A DNA stretch of 64,000 bases from an uncultured Gemmatimonadales bacterium (lineage in GTDB: Bacteria; Gemmatimonadota; Gemmatimonadetes; Gemmatimonadales; GWC2-71-9). Within the stretch, counting starts at the first letter, position 1; the number at the start of each line of letters is the position of its first letter. Under the pieces are notes generated by a model. It worked only from the letters and a program-made list of their open reading frames with translations, had not been told where the DNA came from and made no database searches. A program made the translations under genes and the position numbers. The stretch covers positions 32,001 through 96,000 of the forward strand of contig CAVVKJ010000008.1 in NCBI GenBank assembly GCA_963748815.1, written 5' to 3'. Below, one piece after another: positions 10,125 through 18,264 of the stretch.

Positions 10125-10308
10125 GCTGGCACTCTCCCGGCCCGCGCTCCGACTGCGAAGGCTGTAGGCCTAACGAATGGCGCATCAGCTGCGAGGGCGC
10201 TCGCGGCAGCCGCCGCGCGACCTCGCTACCAGTATCAGGCGCGGCGGCTGCCGCCGCAAGAGAGCGCCCTCGTCTGCTGCATGCGCTGGTTAGGTGGCAA
10301 CAATCCAA

Positions 10309-11223
10309 TCATCCAGGAATCTTGTTGTCGGGCCCTCTGTGGAGGCTGATCTTTATCTGCCTAGGGGCTGTTGGATCCTGCAGGCCCACAATCGCCACAG
10401 TTGAACCATCGCTGTCTTGAACCCGGCCTACGGACACAGCCGTCTGCCGGTAGGAGTAGTGCTTCGCGTTTGCATCGACCAGCACAATGCTAATCTCGCT
10501 ATCGAGATGGACAGTCTTGATTCTCGCGGAGCCACCTTCGGGGAGTTCGCACAAATCTCCGGCGCCGTCAATCGTGGTGGTGAGTGCAACGGTCTGGGTA
10601 TTGTCACCAGACAGAAGGGCCACCAGGTTCGTTGAGATGAAGCCATCGACCGCCTTCTGGAGCACTTCGCCCATCAACTGGTTTGCAAGATCTTGTAGGG
10701 TTAGGCGTGGCCCGCCGCTCGGGTCTCGAATCAGCGCGCTGCCTGGTAGAGCTGGCGCAGTCTCGCTACGCGGCGGATCAAGCTCCAGGCGCACTCGAAG
10801 AGGGCGATAGGACCGCTGAAGAAACTTAAAGCGGGGCGTAATTGCACCGATGGATGGTGGGACGCTAACGAGTTCTTCAAAGGAGTAGGTCCGGATGTTG
10901 TGGAGGAGGGCTTTGTCCCTTGCGGGCTTCCCAAATCCGGAGCGTGACACTGCCATCACAATGTCTGGCCTGAGGTCGCTGTACTTCCCGATCAGTTGGT
11001 CGATCCACGTGATGTCTTGAACCGCTGCATGATCGCGGCACTCAATGGCGATACAAACAGGCTCTCCATTAATCAGCCCTTCGACGACAACATCCGCCTC
11101 ACGATTCGAGGACGCCGTCGGTTCTGGGAATTCGATGGAACCTCGAACTGTGACGCCGCTGTTGGCCAGCAACCGTTCGATTGACGCGACCAGTTCTTGA
11201 AACGGATTGGTTTGTTTGGACAC
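10309..11223 (-). CDS. Cassette: Mrr-like PD-(D/E)XK restriction endonuclease domain protein
   Basis: READVVV...IAIECRD...WIDQLIGK...AVSRSGF...A motif set typical of Mrr_cat-like nucleases; GTG start at 11223. Confidence 0.8.
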   Translation of the reverse strand: MSKQTNPFQELVASIERLLANSGVTVRGSIEFPEPTASSNREADVVVEGLINGEPVCIAIECRDHAAVQDITWIDQLIGKYSDLRPDIVMAVSRSGFGKPARDKALLHNIRTYSFEELVSVPPSIGAITPRFKFLQRSYRPLRVRLELDPPRSETAPALPGSALIRDPSGGPRLTLQDLANQLMGEVLQKAVDGFISTNLVALLSGDNTQTVALTTTIDGAGDLCELPEGGSARIKTVHLDSEISIVLVDANAKHYSYRQTAVSVGRVQDSDGSTVAIVGLQDPTAPRQIKISLHRGPDNKIPG

Positions 11224-11372
11224 TAGGGCGCCTTCCGCGACATAGTTGCCACCTAACGTCCTGCGCATCAGCTGCGAGGGCGCTCGCGGCAGCCGCCGCG
11301 CCTCCTCGCAGTCAGTATAAAGCGCGGCGGCTGCCGCAGAAAGAGCGCGCCCTCGTCTGCTGCATGCGCTGG

Positions 11373-11972
11373 TTAGACCGCTCCGCGCTGTTGGCGGTAA
11401 CGCTCGCGCATCATGCAGGACCGCCCGGAAAATTCGCGATCATCAGCTCTCACGAGCATTAGGCAGGCTTCTGCACGATCCTCATTCTCCAGTGGGGCAA
11501 TGTTCCAGCCGACGTTCACGGCGAGCTTTCCGGCCCACTCCCGGACCGCATCAAGGCTGAAGACGTGGGACTCCTCGTCAAATTCCACCAATACTCTGGC
11601 TGTGGGAGGGAGGCCGGACTGAGACACCATACTGTCCAGATTGCCGACCAAGTTGCTGAGCGTTTTCTCAGCCCAGCGACGCCTCTCGCCGGCAAGCTCG
11701 TCGACGAGCGTGAGCACGACTTCGCCGTGAGTCAGAGTGGGGTTCAGTAGTGCTGGTGACGAAAGGCCAGAGAGGAACGCAATGACCCCGTCACTTGGGA
11801 CCAATTGCCACGATGGCCCAAACACCCAGGCCTCGGTACCCATCTTCAGGACGCCAGGCGGCGTGGTGCCGAGCCTGGGATGGCCGGCGGCACTGGCGAA
11901 GCGAAGCAGGGTGAACGCGAGGCGCGCGGCCTCCTCTCTGACCTCACGGTTGCTGGCTTCGTGGCTAGTCAT
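11373..11972 (-). CDS. Cassette: cytoplasmic hypothetical protein
   Basis: GGAGG RBS; stop codon lies in R''. Confidence 0.75.
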   Translation of the reverse strand: MTSHEASNREVREEAARLAFTLLRFASAAGHPRLGTTPPGVLKMGTEAWVFGPSWQLVPSDGVIAFLSGLSSPALLNPTLTHGEVVLTLVDELAGERRRWAEKTLSNLVGNLDSMVSQSGLPPTARVLVEFDEESHVFSLDAVREWAGKLAVNVGWNIAPLENEDRAEACLMLVRADDREFSGRSCMMRERYRQQRGAV

Positions 11973-12151
11973 AGCGCCTCCGATCGGAGCGGTCTAACGA
12001 ATGGCGCATCAGCTGCGAGGGCGCTCGCGGCAGCCGCCGCGCGACCTCGCTAGCAGTATAAAGCGCGGCGGCTGCCGCAGAAAGAGCGCGCCCTCGTCAG
12101 CTGCATGCGCTGGTTAGGCCGCTCAGGCTAACGAGAGGTTGTGGTTCCGGA

Positions 12152-12649
12152 CTATCTCTCGTGGGTCGTCAAAATGTCATGTAGACGAACGGAATATGGA
12201 TCTTCGGAACTGCCGTGGTCCCATACGGCCCGGAATACTCGCGGTAGCACCAAGAGAAGCGCGACGAGCACCGCGACCTGCACCAGCGGACGATTCAGTG
12301 CAGGCCCCATCGTGACCAACGCGAGGAACACCAGCGGGAGCGTAAACAGGGAGCCGAAGCAGAGCTGTGGGATTGAGGCACCCATCCGGCCGTAAACGCT
12401 CGTGCGCCCTGCCTCCTCCACAATGCGGCCGTAGAATGCGCCCCCTCGCCAGAACCTCCGCGCGTGCGAACGAAGTAGAAGCTTTACCCTCGGCGGGGTG
12501 CCGCCGCTCAACAGAGGGTCGAGGTAGTTGTTATCGTCCGCGCGTAGGGGCTCAAGCCAACCGATGAGTGGCCAGGGATAGCTATGCTTGGTGATGCGTG
12601 AAAAGCACTCCTCGGGCGAAAGGTCGGTCTGAAGAACTAGCCGAGCCAT
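12152..12649 (-). CDS. Cassette: membrane protein (2 C-terminal TM)
   Basis: GGAGGGAG RBS; hydrophobic hairpin. Confidence 0.75.
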   Translation of the reverse strand: MARLVLQTDLSPEECFSRITKHSYPWPLIGWLEPLRADDNNYLDPLLSGGTPPRVKLLLRSHARRFWRGGAFYGRIVEEAGRTSVYGRMGASIPQLCFGSLFTLPLVFLALVTMGPALNRPLVQVAVLVALLLVLPRVFRAVWDHGSSEDPYSVRLHDILTTHER

Positions 12650-12790
12650 TCTGCTCCCTCCTGAGTCGGCCTAACGAATGGCGCATCAGCTGCGAGGGCG
12701 CTCGCGGCAGCCGCCGCGCGACCTCAGGATCAGTATAAAGCGCGGCGGCTGCCGCAGATAGCGCGCGCCCTCGTCTGCTGCATGCGCTGG

Positions 12791-13093
12791 TTAGGCCCCG
12801 CCTGTCCCTGGATACATCCGCTCGGCACGGAACACCAAGAGGATGTGAGCTTCCCTCGATTCAGGGAAGTAGCGGTAGACGATCCGATAGCTTCGCCACA
12901 GTACCTCGCGGAGCATCGGATCCTGGCGTTCCGGAACGTGACGACCGGACTCGGGGAACGCCTTCAGCCGACCGACCGCCGCAACGAGTTCAGCCGCAAC
13001 GAAGTCCGCATAGCGGACCGAGTCGCGGCTGACATATTCGTGGATCCCTGCCAGGTCTGATTGGGCCTGGAGGGTCCACTGCACTCTTGTCAT
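12791..13093 (-). CDS. Type II TA RelE/ParE-family toxin
   Basis: VQWTLQAQSDL..I..Y...D...A; FPESGRHVPE; YRIVYR. Confidence 0.9.
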   Translation of the reverse strand: MTRVQWTLQAQSDLAGIHEYVSRDSVRYADFVAAELVAAVGRLKAFPESGRHVPERQDPMLREVLWRSYRIVYRYFPESREAHILLVFRAERMYPGTGGA

Positions 13094-13266
13094 TTCGTGT
13101 ACCGGCGAACGATGTCATCATGGGGGGTCAACTGGCCGGCACTGGATTCGGCCAGCCCACGATTAATCTTGGCGAGAAACACAAGGCGCTCAATGGCGTC
13201 CTCAAGGGTTGCAGAGGGCGGCAGCTGATCGGCGACCTGGTGGACCTGATCTTTGGTGGTCGGCAT
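13090..13266 (-). CDS. Cognate antitoxin
   Basis: 58 aa (KDQV...QLP...TLED...INRGLA...AG); ATGA overlap with the toxin. Confidence 0.8.
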   Translation of the reverse strand: MPTTKDQVHQVADQLPPSATLEDAIERLVFLAKINRGLAESSAGQLTPHDDIVRRYTK

Positions 13267-13468
13267 AGTGCGCTCAGTGGGTCGGGGTCTTCCAAATGTC
13301 GATAGGGTGCCCGCTGGGGGCAAGGTGGCGTGGGCCTAACGAATGGCGCATCAGCTGCGAGGGCGCTCGCGGCAGCCGCCGCGCATCCTCGCTAGCAGTA
13401 TAAAGCGCGGCGGCTGCCGCAGATAGAGCGCGCCCTCGACAGCTGCATGCGCTGGTTAGGCAGACCCA

Positions 13469-14020
13469 TCAATGGAACCCCAACGCGCTCCAGGTGCTGC
13501 GATCGTCGAACCCGTAACGAAGCCCCGTGCACTCCATAATCAGGACTCGCACCTTCAATGCGACCTCATCCGAAGTCCACCGGGTACTCTCCGCCTCAGC
13601 CCGGGTCCCGAGTTGTATTGCAAGACCCCACACCAATTCGCGGAGGGTCGCAATGCCTGATAAGAATGAGGCTGGGCGAGGTATGTCGGCAGGCCAGTCC
13701 GGCCGGTCGGCCGCCCGACGAACAGCCACCCAAATGTTAGGCCACGAGTCGGGCGGAATCAGGCTGACGAGGTCATCATCAAGGCGGGGGGCGGGTCGCG
13801 TCGGCAGTGCCGCACGAAACCCACGCCGAAGATCGAAATAGATCGATTGGATGTGGCGAGAATCGCCAGGTTGTGCCGCCACCTTTTCAGCGACGAGGCC
13901 GATCAAGTCACGAGGCGTCCGGAGGGTGGCGACCTCGGCGTCTGATAGGTCGATGCCGAATGCATCTTCGGCCGCCAGCACGAGCTCCACGCCTTGAAGT
14001 CCCATTGTGTGCGAGCCCAT
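13469..14020 (-). CDS. Cassette: acyl-carrier-protein-like domain protein
   Basis: MGLQGVELVLAAEDAFGIDLSDAEVATLRTPRDL resembles ACP helices II-IV. Confidence 0.65.
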   Translation of the reverse strand: MGSHTMGLQGVELVLAAEDAFGIDLSDAEVATLRTPRDLIGLVAEKVAAQPGDSRHIQSIYFDLRRGFRAALPTRPAPRLDDDLVSLIPPDSWPNIWVAVRRAADRPDWPADIPRPASFLSGIATLRELVWGLAIQLGTRAEAESTRWTSDEVALKVRVLIMECTGLRYGFDDRSTWSALGFH

Positions 14021-14173
14021 GGTTGTGGGTTCTGCCTAACGAATGGCGCATCAGCTGCGAGGGCGTTCGCGGCAGCCGCCGCGCGACCTCGTAGTCAGTA
14101 TAAAGCGCGGCGGCTGCCGCAGATAGAGCGCGCCCTCGCCAGCTGCATGCGCTGGTTAGGTGGCCCCATCCGC

Positions 14174-15097
14174 CTACGGCTCGCCTTTCCAGTTTGGGTC
14201 GCACATCACCGTGCCTTGAAGTTCCAGACCGCCGGGCGATCGCTGAGCAGACCAGTGGGCACCTGATCTGATGAGAATCAACAATTCTTCCGACATATGC
14301 CCCATCGACTGGTCCTTCTCACAGTCAACCACGCTGAGGACACTCACCCACGGCGTGACGTATGCGGTATCCGGTGCCGTGCGCCGAGGAAGTGTTGGGA
14401 GGCGGAGAAAGCTCGTTAGACCAAGGCCTCGGCATGCCGGCGTCCTCCAACTGGAACACATCGCCGCGATGCTCGAATCAGCGAGCCACTCGGCGAGCCA
14501 TTCCGTGGGGATCTGATTCCAGCCTGACTTTCCAGCGGAATCGAGGACGACGGTCGGGCCGGCCGGGCTGCGTGACGGTGCAGGGCTCCCGGTCATAGCC
14601 GCGACCTGCTCCAACTCGTCGCCGGCAACTGCCGTCCGAGGCCCATAGAAAGCGATCACCGCCTCCAGCATGCCATGAAGTTCTGCTTCCGGAATCGGGC
14701 CTGGCAGGTAGGAGTCCGGTTCTCCAGCGCGGCCAAGGCTGATCAGGATCCCGCTCGAGTCATTCTTCGAGGCCGACAGTGACATTTGAGTTCTTCGGTA
14801 CCCGATGAACGAAGATTGGAGGATCAAGCTGTCCACCGGCGCGCCGGCAAGGACCCAGCGGCCAAGGGAATCCGTCAAAGCCCCGCACCACGTGTTGACC
14901 ACGATGACCACCGCGTTGGGGATGGCCTCGCCACCAACATCGCGGACAACGCCGGACATCTCTCGCGAGTTCTGGACTGCTGGGCAGACGAGACCAGATC
15001 GTGAAGCGGCTGAAGGCTGGGCTGACGGAGCCTGTGGCGCGCAACCATGGGCGACTGTGGGGAGCACGAGAAGCAGGCCGATCCAGCCGGTCTTCAT
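14174..15097 (-). CDS. Cassette: lipoprotein with carboxypeptidase-regulatory-like domain
   Basis: SGVVRDVGGEAIPNAVVIV...ALTDSLGRW...SFIGY pattern; AHGC lipobox-like. Confidence 0.75.
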   Translation of the reverse strand: MKTGWIGLLLVLPTVAHGCAPQAPSAQPSAASRSGLVCPAVQNSREMSGVVRDVGGEAIPNAVVIVVNTWCGALTDSLGRWVLAGAPVDSLILQSSFIGYRRTQMSLSASKNDSSGILISLGRAGEPDSYLPGPIPEAELHGMLEAVIAFYGPRTAVAGDELEQVAAMTGSPAPSRSPAGPTVVLDSAGKSGWNQIPTEWLAEWLADSSIAAMCSSWRTPACRGLGLTSFLRLPTLPRRTAPDTAYVTPWVSVLSVVDCEKDQSMGHMSEELLILIRSGAHWSAQRSPGGLELQGTVMCDPNWKGEP

Positions 15098-15251
15098 GGG
15101 GTCCACCTAACGAATTGGCGCATCAGCTGCGAGGGCGCTCGCGGCAGCCGCCGCGGAGCCTCGCAGTCAGTATAAGGCGCGGCGGCTGCCGCAGATAGAG
15201 CGCGCCCTCGTCAGCTGCATGCGCTGGTTAGGCGGGCCGCCACATCCAGCG

Positions 15252-16034
15252 CTATTGCTGACTCCAGTAACAGTCGCCAGGAAAGATGGGGCGTACGATG
15301 CCGAACCACTTTCCGCCGGAAAGCTCGAATGCTCTCGTATGAGCTTCCGGGGCGTACCTGTCTAGGTACTCGCGGACTTGGTTTGTGGTGAAAGGTAGGT
15401 GGTAGCGCCCAGTGGCATCGCGATATGACCCGCGTGTGGCTAGAGTGGGCCAATCGACTGGCCATGGGGTAGTGGTCCCCGCGGACGAGAAGGCATCGAG
15501 TACAATCTCGAATTGGGTCGGGTGCCATGGGACCGCACCGGGATGCCGAAAGTCGAGAAGCCTCCGAGCCGCGTTGACGAAGGCCCTCGGCGTGCGTGGC
15601 TGAACACCGGCACTATTGGGCTTGAAGAGCCGGGCAGTCGAGTCGAGCAAGCCTTCGAGTGAAACACTTTTGCCTTGCTTCCCATTCCACGCCCAGACGG
15701 CATAACTTGGCGGTTCATAGTTGGCGGGCAGGTTGCTGTACCAATCACTGAGCTCGAAGAAGCTTGGTGACAGGGCCAAGGAGTCGAGGAGGTTGGAATA
15801 TTCCGATGATGACAGCGCGATCGTTGCATAGACTGGTGCCTCATCACGGTCCTGAATGCTATAGATGACGGTCCCATCCTCGTAGAGCACGGTCTGGGGC
15901 GCCGATGCCCACCAGATCGGGCTGGTATCGAAGGCCGGATAGACGAACAAGGCCACCACCGGCTGGATGACGGCAGTATCGGTCTGGGGCGCGGCTCCTA
16001 GGCCAGCGAGAGTGATTGTCATCAGTAGGGACAT
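15252..16034 (-). CDS. Cassette: secreted hypothetical protein
   Basis: Signal-like N-terminus; LYEDGTVIY motif. Confidence 0.75.
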   Translation of the reverse strand: MSLLMTITLAGLGAAPQTDTAVIQPVVALFVYPAFDTSPIWWASAPQTVLYEDGTVIYSIQDRDEAPVYATIALSSSEYSNLLDSLALSPSFFELSDWYSNLPANYEPPSYAVWAWNGKQGKSVSLEGLLDSTARLFKPNSAGVQPRTPRAFVNAARRLLDFRHPGAVPWHPTQFEIVLDAFSSAGTTTPWPVDWPTLATRGSYRDATGRYHLPFTTNQVREYLDRYAPEAHTRAFELSGGKWFGIVRPIFPGDCYWSQQ

Positions 16035-16195
16035 TGAGCGGCTCTGCCTAACGAATGGCGCATCAGCTGCGAGGGCGCGTGCGGCAGCCGCCGCGCGACC
16101 TCGGATTTAGTATAAAGCGGGGCGGCTGCCGCAGATAGAGCGCGCCCTCGACAGCTGCATGCGCTGGTTAGATGGCGCTGGACCAACATCCGTAC

Positions 16196-16648
16196 CTAGG
16201 TGGGTTCGGTTCGAAGGATGACTTCTAGAGTGCCGAGCGATGTGGCGAGCAGCACTTCTTGGGAAGATGGGCTCACCTTGGCATTCTCTGACCGGCTCCA
16301 GAGGTCGCGGGCTTCCGGACTTATGAGAGGCGATGCTAGCGAAGCTTCCGCGCGAGCGCCAAAGTCGGGACCCGCCTCCAATCGAACCACACCTACGGCA
16401 TCACATCGGCTCAACGGCACCTTGTAGTCCATCGGGAACATCTCTTGACCCTCGGCGAAGCTTCGCTCGATCGCAGCGCGGTTTGTCCTAGCGACGCCAT
16501 GCTGGTCGGTGAGACCGACTAGGGTGCCGAAATAGTATCGGCCGCTGCAGTGAACGTCGAGGGCGACCAGCAGGTCGCTAATCAGGCCTGGGGAACCGGC
16601 AGGGCACTCGACTCTCACGATGAGGGCGTCGGGCAGAGCGAGTGCCAA
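16196..16648 (-). CDS. Cassette: hypothetical protein
   Basis: GGAG RBS with TTG start; fills the cassette. Confidence 0.7.
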   Translation of the reverse strand: MALALPDALIVRVECPAGSPGLISDLLVALDVHCSGRYYFGTLVGLTDQHGVARTNRAAIERSFAEGQEMFPMDYKVPLSRCDAVGVVRLEAGPDFGARAEASLASPLISPEARDLWSRSENAKVSPSSQEVLLATSLGTLEVILRTEPT

Positions 16649-16793
16649 AATATCTCCGAGGTTTGTGCGCCATCTAACGAATGGCGCATCAGCTGCGAGG
16701 GCGCTCGCGGCAGCCGCCGCGCGACCTCGTCAACAGTATTAGGCGCGGCGGCTGCCGCCGCAAGAGGGCGCCCTCGACAGCTGCATGCGCTGG

Positions 16794-17096
16794 TTAGGCG
16801 CCTTCCGGCGCCTCGGGCTCAGTGGCCAATTGGGCACTGTGCCATACGCCCACAACCCAAACGGTGGTGCCCTGGACTCGGTAGAAAAACCGATAGGGTC
16901 GGACGATTACCTCGCGGTAGGGCAGGCCACGAAACTCGGGAATGCGCCGTCCTGACTCGGGGAACTTCTCCAGCCGACCCAGCGCCTTGAGTGCCCGAGT
17001 GTGAAAGCGACGCGCGGCCGTGGGGCGATCGGCGAGAATGTAGGCGATGACGTCGAGGAACTGCCGGTCGCCCGACGGGGTGAAGCGCACCTTCAC
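16794..17096 (-). CDS. Type II TA RelE/ParE-family toxin
   Basis: VRFTPS...IAYI..DRP.AA; FPESGRRIPE; PYRFFYRV. Confidence 0.9.
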   Translation of the reverse strand: MKVRFTPSGDRQFLDVIAYILADRPTAARRFHTRALKALGRLEKFPESGRRIPEFRGLPYREVIVRPYRFFYRVQGTTVWVVGVWHSAQLATEPEAPEGA

Positions 17097-17374
17097 GCGT
17101 TGGCGTCCCGCAGCATCTGCTCGGCCTCGGCAAAGACGGCCGCGAGCTCACGGCCCTTACCCTTTGCGATCTCACGCTCTCCAGTTGCGAGGATACGAAG
17201 AATCTCGCGCTCCCGCTCACCCAACTCGTAGGCTTCCATGCTGAGCATGACAGCGGCGGCCCGGCCACGCTGGGTGATAACCACGGGCTCACGGGACCGG
17301 CGGACGCGATCGAGCGCACCGGCCGCATCCTGGCGGAGGTCGGTAATCGGAATGATGTCGGGCATCTTGGGCAT
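17093..17374 (-). CDS. Phd/YefM-family antitoxin
   Basis: IIPITDLRQDA...EPVVITQRGRAAAVMLS..AYE. Confidence 0.92.
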   Translation of the reverse strand: MPKMPDIIPITDLRQDAAGALDRVRRSREPVVITQRGRAAAVMLSMEAYELGEREREILRILATGEREIAKGKGRELAAVFAEAEQMLRDANA

Positions 17375-17385
17375 GGCGGAGGCAC

Positions 17386-17432
17386 CTGTTAGATGTACGT
17401 CTAACAGTACTATGCGACGATCGGGAGCGCAA
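17386..17432 (-). promoter_or_regulatory. TA cassette promoter with palindromic operator
   Basis: Minus-strand TTGCGC-17-TACTGT (17432-17404) overlapping the 22-bp palindrome CTGTTAGATGTACGTCTAACAG (17386-17407). Confidence 0.6.
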
Positions 17433-17627
17433 GAAGGAAGGTGGGGAAGCCCGGACGGGTTGGGGACTGGACGGAAGTGCGCCTAACGAATGGCGCATCA
17501 GCTGCGAGGGCGCTCGCGGCAGCCGCCGCGCATCCTCGCAGTCAGTATACAGCGCGGCGGCTGCCGCAGATAGAGCGCGCCCTCGTCAGCTGCATGCGCT
17601 GGTTAGGCAGCGACATGCGTCAATTCT

Positions 17628-18176
17628 TTATCGTTCAGCAATCATGGTTTCCATCAAGCGCGCGCCGGCCGGCCGGGACAACTCATGGCTCACCGAGTAT
17701 CCCTGCCATCGCAGGCGCCCCCGCCTGTCGATCAAATATCCGGTGGGCAAGCCTGTTACGACATAGTTCGTCCGAAAGATCTCATTCTGGTCCATCGCGA
17801 CAATTCCACCTGGGCCGCCAAACTTTTCGACAAATGCTCTCACCGCCGTGCTATCGGCGAGCTCTTCCAACGCAACATGAACAACCTTGACCCCGCGGCC
17901 TCGCAATGTGTTTGCGACACTGTCCAACGCGGGCATCGAGTACTTGCAGTTCTCGCACGACCGAGCCCAAGCCTCCAATACTAGCACCTGGCCAGCGAAG
18001 CTCTGGAGGGTAAGAGTGTCGTGAGGAGAAGCCAGGTCAACAAGGGTGAACGATGGTGCTGCCATCTCGATATCCAACGGGTTCGCATCCTGGTGACGCC
18101 GAAACTCGAGATAGGTAACGGTTGCCCCAACGAGGAGGACCGTGAATAGGAGGGGCGAGGGACGACGGATAAGCAC
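17628..18176 (-). CDS. First cassette: TlpA/ResA-like thiol-disulfide oxidoreductase
   Basis: N-terminal TM; APSFTL; WARSCENC (CxxC); GLPTGYLIDRRG. Confidence 0.88.
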   Translation of the reverse strand: MLIRRPSPLLFTVLLVGATVTYLEFRRHQDANPLDIEMAAPSFTLVDLASPHDTLTLQSFAGQVLVLEAWARSCENCKYSMPALDSVANTLRGRGVKVVHVALEELADSTAVRAFVEKFGGPGGIVAMDQNEIFRTNYVVTGLPTGYLIDRRGRLRWQGYSVSHELSRPAGARLMETMIAER

Positions 18177-18189
18177 CTCCGTGGCGTCT

Positions 18190-18252
18190 GCCTAACGTGA
18201 ATTCGGCGGCGGAGGGGTACCTCCGCCTCATCTCCAGTCTATATCCCGCAGC
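18190..18252 (-). other. attI: Candidate attI site
   Basis: Lone GTTAGGC core (18196-18190) without an attC hairpin, between the intI stop and the first cassette; complementary to that cassette's R''. Confidence 0.7.
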
Positions 18253-18264
18253 CTAATCCGGAAA
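18236..18264 (-). promoter_or_regulatory. Candidate cassette promoter Pc
   Basis: TTTCCG-17-TAGACT on the minus strand, overlapping the intI stop codon. Confidence 0.35.

Larger units (their letters stand above)
78..17608 (-). repeat. attC: 23 attC recombination sites of 128-129 bp
   Basis: Imperfect palindromes reading RYYTAAC...GTTAGRY on the minus strand at 78-205, 702-830, 1383-1511, 3024-3152, 3819-3947, 4451-4578, 5326-5453, 5943-6071, 6641-6768, 7463-7590, 8078-8205, 8839-8966, 9552-9679, 10168-10295, 11251-11378, 11992-12119, 12669-12796, 13334-13461, 14034-14161, 15105-15233, 16046-16173, 16672-16799 and 17481-17608. L''=CATGCAGC pairs with L'=GCTGATG, leaving one extrahelical base. 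Confidence 0.97.

Noticed and set aside
78..17608. The repeat array as a CRISPR array
   Set aside because: Repeats are 128-129 bp with attC boxes, the intervening units are whole genes of 0.4-1.5 kb, no cas genes are present, and an integron integrase is adjacent.
14..17890. Many ORFs containing LTNGASAARALAAAAAR, or starting MRHSL, MRQFVR or MRWLG
   Set aside because: These are translations of the attC repeat in various frames; frame continuity with the cassettes is inconsistent.
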